A DNA stretch of 64,000 nucleotides from Cellvibrionales bacterium UBA1969. Lineage in GTDB: Bacteria > Pseudomonadota > Gammaproteobacteria > Pseudomonadales > UBA7434. Made by a program: the position numbers and the translations under genes. Below are positions 47,610-58,523 of this stretch, in pieces (position 1 is the first letter of the stretch; every line of letters begins with the position of its first letter). The stretch lies in assembly GCA_002339085.1 (NCBI GenBank), contig DDDX01000033.1, positions 884-64,883 on the forward strand, written 5' to 3'. The notes under the pieces were generated by a model. That model saw only the letters and a program-made list of their open reading frames with translations. It searched no databases and was not told the DNA's origin.

Positions 47610-48884
47610 GTGGATATGAAGCAATACATGCAGGGCTTAGGTGAGCAAGCCCGCCAAGCCAGTCGCGCCATGTCTGCTGCCGATTCTGGCGCTAAGAATG
47701 CCGCTTTATTAGCCATTGCTCAGCGCATTCAGGCTGACCGCGATGCGCTCATGGCAGCCAATGCTGACGATATGGCGGCAGCTCATGCCAACGGTTTAGA
47801 GCCGGCATTATTAGATCGCTTAGAGCTCACTCCGGCAAGAATTGACGCAATGCTCGAGGGTATCGAGCAAGTTGCTGCCTTAGCGGACCCTGTGGGCGCC
47901 TTAACCGACCTCGTCGCCAGACCGTCGGGTATTCAAGTGGGGAAAATGCGCGTGCCTTTAGGTGTTATAGGCATCATCTATGAGTCGCGTCCTAATGTGA
48001 CAGTCGAAGCGGCAAGCTTATGCCTAAAGTCCGGCAACGCGGTTATTTTGCGAGGTGGCTCTGAGGCACTGCGTTCCAACCGAGCGATTGCCCAGTGCAT
48101 TTGTGATGGGCTGGCCGATGCACAGTTACCGGCAGCGGCGGTTCAAGTGGTTGAAACCAGTGATCGAGCCGCGGTGGGCGAGTTAATCACTATGCCAGAC
48201 TATGTTGATGTCATTGTGCCACGCGGTGGAAAAGGATTGATTGAGCGAATCAGTCAAGATGCCCGCGTACCAGTGATTAAACACCTCGATGGCAATTGCC
48301 ATGTTTACATCGATGACGATGCCGACATTGATATGGCCTTAAACATTGCTGTGAATGCCAAGACCCAGCGTTATGGTACTTGTAATACGGCGGAGTCAGT
48401 GTTAGTGGCGAGTGCTATCGCTACTGAAATTTTGCCGCGTCTAGCTTCAACTTTGCATGCCCATCATGTTGAGATGCGCGTCTGCGAGCGCAGTAAATCG
48501 ATCATCTCTCAGGCCAATAGCGCCTTGCCGTTAGTTGACGCTACCGATAGTGATTGGTATGAAGAGTATTTAGCCCCTATTTTAGCCATTAAAGTGATTG
48601 ATGATGTTGAGCAAGCCATCGAGCATATTAATCATTACAGCTCTCAGCATAGTGAGACGATTGTCACCGATCATTATCAGCGCGCAATGGATTTTATTCG
48701 GCAGGTTGATTCAAGTTCGGTGATGGTCAATGCATCAACGCGATTTGCCGATGGTTTTGAATATGGCTTAGGTGCTGAAATAGGTATCTCAACCGATAAA
48801 ATACACGCTCGTGGGCCAGTGGGTCTCGAAGGCTTAACGTCGCAAAAGTTTGTGGTGCTGGGCAGTGGCCAGATTCGAACCTAA
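47610..48884 (+). CDS. proA: gamma-glutamyl phosphate reductase
   Basis: [20 protein letters not shown] and [11 protein letters not shown] motifs. GTG start; an ATG at 47616 is possible. Confidence 0.93.
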   Translation: MDMKQYMQGLGEQARQASRAMSAADSGAKNAALLAIAQRIQADRDALMAANADDMAAAHANGLEPALLDRLELTPARIDAMLEGIEQVAALADPVGALTDLVARPSGIQVGKMRVPLGVIGIIYESRPNVTVEAASLCLKSGNAVILRGGSEALRSNRAIAQCICDGLADAQLPAAAVQVVETSDRAAVGELITMPDYVDVIVPRGGKGLIERISQDARVPVIKHLDGNCHVYIDDDADIDMALNIAVNAKTQRYGTCNTAESVLVASAIATEILPRLASTLHAHHVEMRVCERSKSIISQANSALPLVDATDSDWYEEYLAPILAIKVIDDVEQAIEHINHYSSQHSETIVTDHYQRAMDFIRQVDSSSVMVNASTRFADGFEYGLGAEIGISTDKIHARGPVGLEGLTSQKFVVLGSGQIRT

Positions 48885-49561
48885 TGATACCGGCGGATAG
48901 TCATCACTCGACTGCAGGTATTAAGCGTATTGGTGTCTTTGGCGGTACTTTTGACCCCGTGCATCTGGGGCATATGGGTTCCGCCAAAGCTTTACTGGCC
49001 GCCCAAAATTTAGATCAAATATACTTTATGCCTTGCCAGCAGCATCCGCATGATAAGCAGCCGATGGCAAATGCTGAACAACGCTTGGCTATGTTAAACT
49101 TAGCCGTGCAAGGGCAGTCATCTTTTTCTGTTGACGATCGAGAATTGGCTCGCTCAGGTAAGTCATTTACGGTTGATAGCCTGATTGATATTCGCGAAGA
49201 AGTTGGCGAGCAAGCGGTACTGATATTTTTATTAGGTAGCGATGCGTTTGCTGAGTTTCATCGTTGGCAGCGTTGGGAAGCTATTTTTTCCTTAGCGAAC
49301 GTCGCAGTGATTGAGCGCGCTAACGCGCAATCAGTTCAGGCAATTGAAACAGTGGGGCTTAAGCAAAAAATTAATCAAGCGGTTGATTTTGTAGATACAC
49401 CTTCTGGACAAATGACCATTGCTTCGCTGCCGCCATATCCGGTTTCATCAACCTTATTGCGGGATCAATTATTGCAAGCGTCGGCAAGTTCGTCGCTATT
49501 AACTGAGTTTATGTCGCCCCAAGTATTGGATTATATTTACCAGCAACACTTATATCGTTAG
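48884..49561 (+). CDS. nadD: nicotinate-nucleotide adenylyltransferase
   Basis: GVFGGTFDPVHLGH motif. The start overlaps the proA stop by 1 nt. Confidence 0.9.
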   Translation: MIPADSHHSTAGIKRIGVFGGTFDPVHLGHMGSAKALLAAQNLDQIYFMPCQQHPHDKQPMANAEQRLAMLNLAVQGQSSFSVDDRELARSGKSFTVDSLIDIREEVGEQAVLIFLLGSDAFAEFHRWQRWEAIFSLANVAVIERANAQSVQAIETVGLKQKINQAVDFVDTPSGQMTIASLPPYPVSSTLLRDQLLQASASSSLLTEFMSPQVLDYIYQQHLYR

Positions 49562-49593
49562 CGATATTAAATTTAGGAGTTAATAACACTACA

Positions 49594-49923
49594 GTGAGTA
49601 ATGAAAAATTAAAAAACACCATTATTACGGCTTTAGAGGATCTTAAGGCTAATGATATTGCCGTTTTGTCGGTTGCTGAATCTTCAACGGTAACCGATTG
49701 GATGGTGATCGCTAGTGGCACCTCAAATCGCCATGTAAAGGCCTTGGCTAATAATGTGGAAGTAGAGGCAAAGCAGATTGGCTTTAAGTCCCTTGGTGCT
49801 GAAGGCAATGATACGGCTGAATGGGTATTGGTTGATTTTGGTGATGTGATTGTTCATGTTATGTTGCCAAGCACACGAGAATTTTACGATTTAGAAAGCT
49901 TGTGGACCTTAAAGCCAGTTTAG
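49594..49923 (+). CDS. rsfS: ribosome silencing factor
   Basis: 109 aa. Iojap-like DWMVIASGTSNRHVKALA and WVLVDFGDVIVHVM. GTG start. Confidence 0.9.
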   Translation: MSNEKLKNTIITALEDLKANDIAVLSVAESSTVTDWMVIASGTSNRHVKALANNVEVEAKQIGFKSLGAEGNDTAEWVLVDFGDVIVHVMLPSTREFYDLESLWTLKPV

Positions 49924-49944
49924 TTATTTGGGGTAGGCTTTATT

Positions 49945-50439
49945 ATGCAGATATCTATTATTGCTATTGGTAATAAAATGCCTGCTTGGGTCAATGCCAA
50001 TTGCGATGAATACTTTCGTCGCATGCCAAAGGATTTATCGCTGAAATTAATTGAGTTGCCCGCACAAAAGCGAATTAAAAGCCAATCCATCGATGCTATT
50101 CGACGAAAGGAAACTGAGCAGTTACTTGCCGCCGTGCCAGACAGAAATAATATTGTGGTGCTCGATGAGCGAGGCCAGTCCATTAGCACCCGCTTGTTGG
50201 CAAAAAAACTTCATGATTGGCAGCTGGATGGACGAGATGTTTGCCTGATAATTGGCGGGCCTGATGGAATTGACTTTTCTGTCTTGGCGCAGTGGAAAGT
50301 AGGTAAGACACTGGGTTCTGAATGGCGATGGTCGCTTTCTTCGCTGACTTTTCCGCACCCCTTGGTAAGGGTCATTGTCGCTGAGCAATTGTATCGCGCA
50401 TGGAGCGTGTGTACTGGCCATCCTTATCATAGGGAGTGA
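49945..50439 (+). CDS. rlmH: 23S rRNA (pseudouridine1915-N3)-methyltransferase
   Basis: SPOUT-family C-terminus SLSSLTFPHPLVRVIVAEQLYRAWSVCTGHPYHRE. Confidence 0.92.
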   Translation: MQISIIAIGNKMPAWVNANCDEYFRRMPKDLSLKLIELPAQKRIKSQSIDAIRRKETEQLLAAVPDRNNIVVLDERGQSISTRLLAKKLHDWQLDGRDVCLIIGGPDGIDFSVLAQWKVGKTLGSEWRWSLSSLTFPHPLVRVIVAEQLYRAWSVCTGHPYHRE

Positions 50440-50452
50440 CAGCATCGCCTGA

Positions 50453-52426
50453 ATGGGTACAATATCTTTTATGCAAAATTATGCGGCAGTCAAAGACAGT
50501 GATCATGAGAAGCAAATTTTTGGTCGCAGAATAACGGTATCCATTGCCGTTGTAGCGATTATCTTTCTAGCCTTGGCGGCTCGTTATGCTGAATTGCAAT
50601 TGTTGAATTACCAGACTTTTGTCACTCAGTCAGAAAATAATCGCGTACATGTTCAGGCTGTAGCGCCAAATCGCGGTCTTATTTTTGATAATAATGGTCG
50701 TTTACTTGCAGCCAATCAGCCTAGCTACAATCTTGTTGTCGTTAAGGAGCGGGTCGTTAATCTCGAGCAAGTGTTGTTAGACTTGCAACAGCTATTTGAT
50801 ATTGACGCAAAAAGTATTGCTAAGTTTAAACGTCGTTTGACTCGCGGAACGCCTTATCAAGCGGTCCCCCTGAAGTTTAAACTAACCGAGGATGAGATCA
50901 GTCGTTTTGCAGTCAACCGCTATCGTTTGGCAGGTATTGAAATAAAAGCGCAATTAGTGCGCCATTATCCGCAGGGCGAAAACTTTACACACGTATTAGG
51001 CTATGTTGGACGAATTAATGCTGCTGATCAGGCAGAAATCTCATCGTTAGAAAATAATAAGTCTAATTATGCGGCGACTGATTATATCGGTAAGCTGGGT
51101 ATCGAGCGATTTTATGAGTCAACCTTACATGGTCAGGTAGGTTCTCAGCAGGTTGAAACCAATGCACATGGAAAAGTACTGCGTGTTTTAGGTCAGACCA
51201 AGCCTCAGCCAGGCGTCGACCTACATCTTTATCTCGATGCCGATTTGCAGCAAAGGATAAGCACCTTAATGGGTGATAGAAGGGGTTCAGTGGTAGCGAT
51301 TGATCCTCGCACAGGCGGTGTTCTTGCGATGGTCAGTACACCTTCTTATGATCCCAACCCTTTCGTAACAGGTATCTCGACTATCGACTATGCGAAGTTA
51401 AGAGATTCGATTGATTTGCCGCTTTTTAATCGTTCTTTGCAGGGCCAGTACCCGCCAGGATCGACGATTAAGCCGATTATAGGTTTAGCTGGTCTGCATT
51501 ATCAGGTGATTACCGCTGATTCTACTGTACCTGATCCGGGTTGGTACCAACTGCCAAACGATAGCCGGTTTTATCGCGATTGGAAACGTGAAGGCCATGG
51601 CCATAAGGTTAATTTACATGACTCCATTGCTGAAAGTTGTGATGTATTTTTTTATGACCTCGCTTATCAGTTAGGCGTTGACAAGATCCATGACTTTTCG
51701 AGTTTATTTGGCTTAGGTGTTCGCTCCGGCATTGATTCAACCAGTGAGCGAAGTGGTTTGTTACCTTCGAGGCAATGGAAGAAAGCTAAAAAGCGTGAAC
51801 CTTGGTTTCCCGGTGAAACCTTAAATATTGGTATTGGTCAGGGCTATATGTTGACCACGCCTCTTCAGCTTGCAGTTGCTACGGCCACAATTGCTAATCG
51901 AGGTTATCGACCTACACCGAAGTTAGTGAAAGCATTTGATGGCAATCCTTTTGAGAGGAATAACCCCTATGAGAGTGATCTTGAGCGCAGTGCTCAGCAT
52001 GATGATATGTCTAATAATAGGCCGATCGATTCCATACTGCATTTAAGCCGTGATGTGAGTGATACACATTGGCAGCAGATTATTGATGGCATGGAAGCTG
52101 TAGTCCACGACCCTAAAAAAGGCACTGCTAGGGCTATCAGGCGCGGTCTCAATTATCGGATTGCCGGTAAAACGGGGACTGCGCAAGTCGTTGGTATCGC
52201 TCAAGGCGAAGAGTACGATGCAGACGCACTTTTAGAGAGGCAACGTGATCATGCATTATTTGTTGGCTTCGCCCCGCTAGAGCAGCCGAAGGTAGCAGTG
52301 GCGGTAATTGTTGAGAATGCTGGCGGCGGCAGTACGGTGGCGGCTCCGATTGCCCGTAAGGTATTTGATTGGGTGCTTGAATCGACCGACGAAAAAAAAC
52401 AAATGGCAGTCGTATCAAGATTTTAG
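50453..52426 (+). CDS. mrdA: penicillin-binding protein 2 (elongasome transpeptidase)
   Basis: PGSTIKP (SxxK), SCDVFF (SxD/N) and KTGTAQ (KTG), with an N-terminal membrane anchor. Confidence 0.93.
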   Translation: MGTISFMQNYAAVKDSDHEKQIFGRRITVSIAVVAIIFLALAARYAELQLLNYQTFVTQSENNRVHVQAVAPNRGLIFDNNGRLLAANQPSYNLVVVKERVVNLEQVLLDLQQLFDIDAKSIAKFKRRLTRGTPYQAVPLKFKLTEDEISRFAVNRYRLAGIEIKAQLVRHYPQGENFTHVLGYVGRINAADQAEISSLENNKSNYAATDYIGKLGIERFYESTLHGQVGSQQVETNAHGKVLRVLGQTKPQPGVDLHLYLDADLQQRISTLMGDRRGSVVAIDPRTGGVLAMVSTPSYDPNPFVTGISTIDYAKLRDSIDLPLFNRSLQGQYPPGSTIKPIIGLAGLHYQVITADSTVPDPGWYQLPNDSRFYRDWKREGHGHKVNLHDSIAESCDVFFYDLAYQLGVDKIHDFSSLFGLGVRSGIDSTSERSGLLPSRQWKKAKKREPWFPGETLNIGIGQGYMLTTPLQLAVATATIANRGYRPTPKLVKAFDGNPFERNNPYESDLERSAQHDDMSNNRPIDSILHLSRDVSDTHWQQIIDGMEAVVHDPKKGTARAIRRGLNYRIAGKTGTAQVVGIAQGEEYDADALLERQRDHALFVGFAPLEQPKVAVAVIVENAGGGSTVAAPIARKVFDWVLESTDEKKQMAVVSRF

Positions 52427-52447
52427 CGATCAGCTTATGGGGTTATT

Positions 52448-53593
52448 TTGAATAGTCGATCTGATTTTAGTCGTAATTTACCGGGTGATCCTAGTGCCTT
52501 AAGGGCACAGACGGGCCGATTTCGACGCTGGCGATTAGATCCGCCCTTATTGTTACTGTTGATGTGTTTGGCCGCTTTTGGGTTGTTTATCCTTTATAGT
52601 GCCAGTGGCAAGGATATCGACAGGGTAACTCGTCAATTAATTTATCTTGCGATTGCTTTTTTTGGTCTGGTTGTGGTTGCTCAATTCAAAGTCGAAATTT
52701 TAAAAGTACTAGCGCCTATAGGTTATATTGGTGGCATTGTTTTGCTGTTACTTGTTGCCTGGTTCGGTGACGACTCAAAAGGTGCGCAACGTTGGCTTGA
52801 TGTATTTGGCATTATCCGTTTTCAACCGTCCGAATTAATGAAGATTGTCGTTCCCTTGACGGTTGCATGGTATCTCAGTGAACGGTTATTACCGCCAAGC
52901 ACGAAAACATTGGTGATTAGCTTTTTTATAGCGATTTTCCCGTCAGTCTTAATTGTGTTGCAGCCTGATTTGGGGACTGCCATCTTGATTGCTGCATCAG
53001 GTTTGTTTGTGTTGTGGCTGGCAGGTTTAGGGTGGGGGTATATATTTGCTGCCGTGCTTGCGCTGTTAGGTGCAGCCTGGCCTATTTGGCATTTTCTACT
53101 GCATGGTTATCAGCGACAGAGGATAATGACATTATTCAATCCTGAAAGCGATCGATTGGGAGCGGGATGGAATATTATTCAATCAAAAACGGCGATTGGT
53201 TCGGGCGGCTGGGATGGCAAAGGCTGGCTTAATGGGACACAATCGCAGCTCGATTTCTTACCTGAAAGTCATACTGATTTTATCATTGCGGTTTTGGCCG
53301 AAGAGTTGGGATTTGTTGGAGTATTCCTATTACTGCTGATGTATTTATTGATTATTCTTCGCGGCGCGCAAATAAGCTTGGCGGCTAAAACCACATTTGC
53401 CAGTCTAGTTGCGGGCAGTATTACCTTAACTTTTTTTGTTTATATTGTCGTGAATATGGGCATGGTCTCTGGGTTACTACCGGTGGTGGGTGTGCCGTTG
53501 CCATTAGTGAGTTACGGTGGAACATCATTAGTGACTATGCTGGCCAGTTTTGGTATTTTGATGGCGATTAGTGCTGAAAGTTATCGCCGTTAA
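52448..53593 (+). CDS. rodA: SEDS-family peptidoglycan glycosyltransferase RodA
   Basis: About 10 TM helices. RFQPSELMK, PDLGTA, ESHTDFIIAV and VSYGGTS motifs. TTG start. Confidence 0.93.
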   Translation: MNSRSDFSRNLPGDPSALRAQTGRFRRWRLDPPLLLLLMCLAAFGLFILYSASGKDIDRVTRQLIYLAIAFFGLVVVAQFKVEILKVLAPIGYIGGIVLLLLVAWFGDDSKGAQRWLDVFGIIRFQPSELMKIVVPLTVAWYLSERLLPPSTKTLVISFFIAIFPSVLIVLQPDLGTAILIAASGLFVLWLAGLGWGYIFAAVLALLGAAWPIWHFLLHGYQRQRIMTLFNPESDRLGAGWNIIQSKTAIGSGGWDGKGWLNGTQSQLDFLPESHTDFIIAVLAEELGFVGVFLLLLMYLLIILRGAQISLAAKTTFASLVAGSITLTFFVYIVVNMGMVSGLLPVVGVPLPLVSYGGTSLVTMLASFGILMAISAESYRR

Positions 53594-53711
53594 TTCATTG
53601 TAAAAACTGATTGAATGCTGCCGCAATAGTGATAGGCTAGTCTATGAGTTTTAGTCTAGGTGCAGAAGGCTCAGTTGCGGTTAACGGCATCATTATAAAT
53701 AAGGATAGAGT

Positions 53712-54740
53712 ATGAAATATCGATTACATTCAATGTTGTCAGCTTTAGCGCCAACTTTATCACTTATGGCAATTGCGCTAATCATTATTGTTAGCCCCGT
53801 TAAAGCAGATTATCGACAGCATCCGAGTGCAGTAGCCGTTATCAAGACTCTAGTCGATAAGCATGGTTTTAGCGTTGCTCAAGTAAATGCGATTCTCAAG
53901 CAGGCAGAAACTGAGCAGCGGATACTCGATAGTATGACCAATGCGGCAGAGAAAACGAAAACTTGGACTGCGTATCGAAGCAGTTTTTTGAGCCCCTTTA
54001 GGATCACTAAAGGGGCTGAATTTTTGGTGGCGCATAAGAGCACATTTGATCAGGTTGAGCAAGAATACGGTGTGCCCCGCGAGATAATCACCGCGATATT
54101 AGGAGTAGAAACTAATTACGGTGGTTATACCGGTAAAACGCGAGTGTTGAATGCCTTATCAACCTTAGCATTTGAACATCCTAGAAGAAGCCGTTTTTTC
54201 ACATCAGAGTTGATTGAATACATTGTTTTATGTCGCGAGCAGCAGTGGGATGCTAGTGAGCAACTGGGTTCTTATGCCGGAGCTATGGGCATGAGTCAGT
54301 TTATGCCTAGTAATTATCGTCGATTGGCCGTTGATGGTGATGGTGATGGCGACATCGATTTATTTGAGTCTGTCGATGCGATACATAGCATCGCTAATTA
54401 CTTTATTCATCACGGCTGGCAAAACGCTCAGCCTGTTGCCAGCCGTGTCGCTGTGAGGCAAGATTTCGACGTTGCGCTGATAAGTCGTGGCTTAAAACCG
54501 AATCACAGCGTTGCGCACTTATCTGAAGGCGGGTTTTACCCACAAGATAATATGCCGCCTTCGGTTAAGGCACGGGTGATTCGTTTTAACGACGCCGATG
54601 GTGATGAATTTTGGTTTGGTTATCAAAACTTTTATGCGATAAGTAGGTATAATCCACGTTCAAAATATGCCATGGCTGTCTATCAGTTGAGTTTAGCGAT
54701 TGAAAAACAAGCTAAGGATGCCCCTCAGGTATCTTCTTAA
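53712..54740 (+). CDS. mltB: lytic murein transglycosylase B
   Basis: GVETNYG (catalytic Glu region), GAMGMSQFMPS and the EF-hand-like DGDGDGDIDLF. Confidence 0.88.
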   Translation: MKYRLHSMLSALAPTLSLMAIALIIIVSPVKADYRQHPSAVAVIKTLVDKHGFSVAQVNAILKQAETEQRILDSMTNAAEKTKTWTAYRSSFLSPFRITKGAEFLVAHKSTFDQVEQEYGVPREIITAILGVETNYGGYTGKTRVLNALSTLAFEHPRRSRFFTSELIEYIVLCREQQWDASEQLGSYAGAMGMSQFMPSNYRRLAVDGDGDGDIDLFESVDAIHSIANYFIHHGWQNAQPVASRVAVRQDFDVALISRGLKPNHSVAHLSEGGFYPQDNMPPSVKARVIRFNDADGDEFWFGYQNFYAISRYNPRSKYAMAVYQLSLAIEKQAKDAPQVSS

Positions 54741-54769
54741 GTTTAGGTGAAGCGACTTATAATTTTATT

Positions 54770-55795
54770 GTGGTGCGCCTTCTTGCCGCGGTGTTTGAGA
54801 TGAGTAATTTATGGTTAAAATTAATGATTAGCCGCTATTTTTCTTGTTATGTTAGCCGTTATGGGCGAGCAATGATATATACACTTTTATCGGTCGGGAT
54901 TATTGGCGTGTCCAGTTGCGGGTTTTTTGATGATTTAAGCCAAACCCCTAGTGGCGTCGCAAGAGGCAGTGACAGTGCGCCAAAAACTAAGTTAGATGTG
55001 AAGCGTATAAAGGATGCCGTGCCGCGGGTTGAACCTAAAAGTCGTGGTGGTAATTTCAGCCCTTATACCGTTTTAGGTAAAACCTATACAGTGCTTGATT
55101 CATCAAAGGGGTACAAAGCGCGCGGTGACGCGTCGTGGTATGGGACAAAATTTCATGGCCGGCTTACCTCTAATGGTGAGCGTTATAATATGTATGCTAT
55201 GAGCGCAGCCCATAAATCGCTACCTATACCTACTTACGTTAAAGTTACTAATTTAGAAAACCGCCGTCAAATTATCGTTCGTGTTAATGACCGTGGGCCA
55301 TTTTATCCTGGCCGTATTATAGATCTTTCCTATGCTGGCGCGTCAAAGCTTGACATGCTTAAAAAAGGTACAGCAAGGGTGGAGGTTGAAGCTATTGATC
55401 CTCGTCAGTGGAAAAAAAATCAAAAAAAACAGGTTCAGTTCACTCGTGATGATTCGATTCAGTTACACGCTTTAAAGTCAACTGTCGACGATCAGCTACA
55501 ATCGAGCAATGACTCTGAGACGTCTGTAGATTGGTCCTCGGCTTTACCTGAATTCAACCGTTATTATCTTCAAGTGGCTGCATTCTCTAGCTTAGAAGCG
55601 GCTCAGAGCTTGCAGAATCGCTTACTCCGTCACCTGAATAGCTTGTCTCAATCTGTCAACGTGGTCATTCGACCTTCCGAGCGAGGGGTTTATCGAGTAA
55701 GAATAGGTCCCTTTAGCTCAGAACAAGAAAGTCTGACATTTGAAAAAATATCTGAGTTACAATTCCTTGGTAAGATGCATCTGATTTCAGAATAG
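54770..55795 (+). CDS. rlpA: septal-ring lytic transglycosylase RlpA-family lipoprotein with a C-terminal SPOR domain
   Basis: DPBB domain GDASWYGTKFHGRLTSNGERYNMYAMSAAHKSLPIPTYVKVTNL...VRVNDRGPF, and SPOR YYLQVAAFSS...YRVRIGPF. The likely true start is ATG 54872, which gives the lipobox VSSCG. Confidence 0.88.
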   Translation: MVRLLAAVFEMSNLWLKLMISRYFSCYVSRYGRAMIYTLLSVGIIGVSSCGFFDDLSQTPSGVARGSDSAPKTKLDVKRIKDAVPRVEPKSRGGNFSPYTVLGKTYTVLDSSKGYKARGDASWYGTKFHGRLTSNGERYNMYAMSAAHKSLPIPTYVKVTNLENRRQIIVRVNDRGPFYPGRIIDLSYAGASKLDMLKKGTARVEVEAIDPRQWKKNQKKQVQFTRDDSIQLHALKSTVDDQLQSSNDSETSVDWSSALPEFNRYYLQVAAFSSLEAAQSLQNRLLRHLNSLSQSVNVVIRPSERGVYRVRIGPFSSEQESLTFEKISELQFLGKMHLISE

Positions 55796-55805
55796 AGGTT
55801 TATCC

Positions 55806-56963
55806 GTGGTTAAATTTTACGTTGCTTTATTATTATGTTTTTTAGTGAGTTCTTCACTCGCGAAGGGTTTGCCTGCATTAATTCCGTCGCCACCGCAGCT
55901 GGCAGCGAGCAGTTATTTATTGGTTGATGCTAATAGTGGCAAGGTGATTGTTGAGTCTAATGCAGATCAGCGGTTGCCTCCCGCCAGTTTAACGAAAATG
56001 ATGACCGGTTATATTGCTTCTGCCGAAATCACAAAACAGACTATTAATGCCGAAGATATGGTGCCGATTAGTGTTAAGGCATGGCGAATGAAAGGTTCAA
56101 AAATGTTTATTCGTGAGGGCACGAGTGTTCCGGTTAGAGAATTGTTGAAAGGCGTTATTATTCAATCAGGTAATGATGCCAGTGTTGCCCTTGCTGAATT
56201 TATAGCCGGTGATGAGATGGCTTTTTCTGAAATAATGAATCAACAGGCTCAACTGCTAGGAATGAAACAGACTGAATTCAAAAATTCAACTGGCTGGCCA
56301 GCAGAAGGACACTTAACGACTGCGAGAGATATGACTATTTTAGCGGCACGCTTAATCAAAGACTTTCCTGATCACTATGCGCTGTATTCGCAAAAGGAAT
56401 TTACTTTTAACGATATTACCCAGCTTAATAGGAATGGCTTGCTGTGGCGGGATGCCAGTGTTGATGGCTTGAAAACTGGCTGGACGGAGGAGGCTGGTTA
56501 CTGCTTAGTTGCTTCTGCACAAAAAAATGGTATGCGGCTTGTGTCTGTTGTTATGGGCGCTAAAAGTGAAAGGGCACGTGAGCAAGAAACACAAAAATTA
56601 CTCTCTTATGGTTTTAGATATTATGAAACGCATACTTTATATGAAATGGGTCAGGTAGTTAACTCGAGTGAATTATGGGCTGGGCTTGAGAAGTATTTTG
56701 ATCTCGTTGTAGAAGACGATATTATTTTAACAATTCCGCGTGGTGAAAGAGATTTTCTTGAAGTCAGCATTGAAGTCGATAAAAATATAGTAGCTCCTGT
56801 TATTGCTGGACAAAGCTATGGCATTTTGAATATCAAAAAAGGCGATGAATTGTTGATCCAGCGTAATATAGTTGCTGCTAAGGATGTTGATTCAGCCGGT
56901 TTTCTTTTGCGGTTATGGGATCTGATTATATTGTTTTTTCGAGGTTTGTTAGGACTTAGCTAG
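55806..56963 (+). CDS. dacA: D-alanyl-D-alanine carboxypeptidase (PBP5/6, DacA/DacC type)
   Basis: SLTKMMT (SxxK), SGND and KTGWT motifs, a signal peptide and a C-terminal amphipathic anchor. GTG start with a GAGG 8 nt upstream. Confidence 0.9.
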   Translation: MVKFYVALLLCFLVSSSLAKGLPALIPSPPQLAASSYLLVDANSGKVIVESNADQRLPPASLTKMMTGYIASAEITKQTINAEDMVPISVKAWRMKGSKMFIREGTSVPVRELLKGVIIQSGNDASVALAEFIAGDEMAFSEIMNQQAQLLGMKQTEFKNSTGWPAEGHLTTARDMTILAARLIKDFPDHYALYSQKEFTFNDITQLNRNGLLWRDASVDGLKTGWTEEAGYCLVASAQKNGMRLVSVVMGAKSERAREQETQKLLSYGFRYYETHTLYEMGQVVNSSELWAGLEKYFDLVVEDDIILTIPRGERDFLEVSIEVDKNIVAPVIAGQSYGILNIKKGDELLIQRNIVAAKDVDSAGFLLRLWDLIILFFRGLLGLS

Positions 56964-56971
56964 GAAAAATC

Positions 56972-57271
56972 ATGAGTGAAATCAATAGTAATAAAATCCT
57001 ACCTGACGGCGAAGAGCCGCCTAAGATTGAATTTCCCTGTGATTATCCGATTAAGATTATTGGAGATGCCGATCCCGATTTCGTCGAACTGGTAGTTGGC
57101 ATCGTTTGTAGGCATACCGCTGACTTTGATCCAGCGACCGTTAGTAGCCGTGACAGTAGCAAGGGTAAATTTCGCTCTGTGGCCGTTAATATTATTGCGA
57201 CTGGCGAGTCTCAATTGGAAAAATTATATGCTGATCTAAAAGCTACTGGCCGCGTCAAAATGGTCATTTAA
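56972..57271 (+). CDS. ybeD: YbeD-family (DUF493) protein
   Basis: 99 aa with the motif KIEFPCDYPIKIIG. It holds the conserved position between dacA and lipB. Confidence 0.85.
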   Translation: MSEINSNKILPDGEEPPKIEFPCDYPIKIIGDADPDFVELVVGIVCRHTADFDPATVSSRDSSKGKFRSVAVNIIATGESQLEKLYADLKATGRVKMVI

Positions 57272-57951
57272 TGTTGATCAATCAGCAATTACATGTTCGC
57301 CAATTATTAACTGCTGATAAAAGTCAGGCTTTAGTCAATTATGAGTTAGTGTGGCAGGCGATGAAAACATTTACTCAAACAAGAGATGAGACCACGGTTG
57401 ATCAGTGCTGGCTATTAGAGCATCCCGAAATTTTCACCTTAGGCAGAGCTGGTGCAGAGGAGCACTTATTAGATACTGGTTCTATTCCCGTACTTAGAAT
57501 TGATCGAGGCGGGCAGGTGACTTTTCATGGTCCCGGTCAAATCATGATGTACACATTGATTGATTTAAAGCGAAGAAAACTGACTGTAAGAGGTATGGTC
57601 AATGCACTTGAGGAATCAGTGATTCAGTTGTTGTCTCAATATGATTTGCCTGCTTACAGCGATAAAAGAGCTCCAGGTGTTTATATTGATGGTTGTAAAA
57701 TTGCCGCTTTGGGCTTGCGTATCAGTCGAGGTTGTTCCTATCATGGCTTATGCTTTAATTACGACTTCGATTCGGCGCCGTTTGAACGAATTAACCCCTG
57801 TGGTTTCGCTGAATTACAAGTGACGCAATTAAGCGAGCAGTTGCGCCATTTGCCTCACAAAAAAACGCTTGTCGATCAACTCGTGACATGTTTTTCAGAG
57901 AAACTGGCTTATAGCGAGATTACATATGATTATAGCTTATGGTCAGGCTAA
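57271..57951 (+). CDS. lipB: octanoyltransferase
   Basis: LLEHPEIFTLGRAG, RIDRGGQVTFHGPGQ and KIAALGLRISRGCSYHG motifs. The start overlaps the ybeD stop by 1 nt. Confidence 0.92.
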   Translation: MLINQQLHVRQLLTADKSQALVNYELVWQAMKTFTQTRDETTVDQCWLLEHPEIFTLGRAGAEEHLLDTGSIPVLRIDRGGQVTFHGPGQIMMYTLIDLKRRKLTVRGMVNALEESVIQLLSQYDLPAYSDKRAPGVYIDGCKIAALGLRISRGCSYHGLCFNYDFDSAPFERINPCGFAELQVTQLSEQLRHLPHKKTLVDQLVTCFSEKLAYSEITYDYSLWSG

Positions 57952-58021
57952 CTTTCGCTCTGGAGTCCTTAGTAACCTCTGTAGTAAGATATTCTTTTAA
58001 GGTGAATATAAGGAGCTTCTC

Positions 58022-58450
58022 ATGAGTGAGCAACATCCGGCAAAACGTGTCTCCCTATTGTCTCGCGAATACGTCCATAGCCATAACAAGGCAGGTTGGT
58101 TAGGTTTATTTTCTGAAGATGCGATCATTGAAGACCCGATTGGTGTTTCGCCAATCGATGAGGCTGGTAAAGGTCACCGAGGTGTAGCGGCGAGAGAGGC
58201 ATTTTGGGAAAATAATATTGCCAACAGTGATATTAAAATCGTCATTCATCAGTCATACGCGGCCGGCCTTGAGTGCGCAAATATTGTTACGCTAAACACT
58301 ATTTTAACATTTGGCGGTAAAACCTATAGCCAAGAAGTCAATGGGATATTTACTTATCAAGTAAATGAAGCTGAACAGTTAGTAGCATTGCGCGGCTATT
58401 GGGAAGTTGATGAAATGATGAAAACAATAAAAGAAGTTGCGAATGCTTAA
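58022..58450 (+). CDS. NTF2-like / SnoaL-like (ketosteroid-isomerase-like) protein
   Basis: 142 aa with the pattern W..LFSEDAIIEDP.G and C-terminal beta-strand repeats. A good AAGGAG RBS precedes it. The fold-level call is made by pattern only. Confidence 0.55.
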   Translation: MSEQHPAKRVSLLSREYVHSHNKAGWLGLFSEDAIIEDPIGVSPIDEAGKGHRGVAAREAFWENNIANSDIKIVIHQSYAAGLECANIVTLNTILTFGGKTYSQEVNGIFTYQVNEAEQLVALRGYWEVDEMMKTIKEVANA

Positions 58451-58523
58451 GCTTCATATTAAACAATAGCGACAGCTCAAGTCATAGGTATAAATAAAAT
58501 CAAATCTCTGATTTTATGAGTCG

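Noticed and set aside
58496-58515. AAAATCA-N6-TGATTTT inverted repeat between the convergent NTF2-like gene and holA, considered as a bidirectional terminator
   Set aside because: The stem is entirely A/T apart from one C:G pair and would be very weak. I did not report it as a feature.
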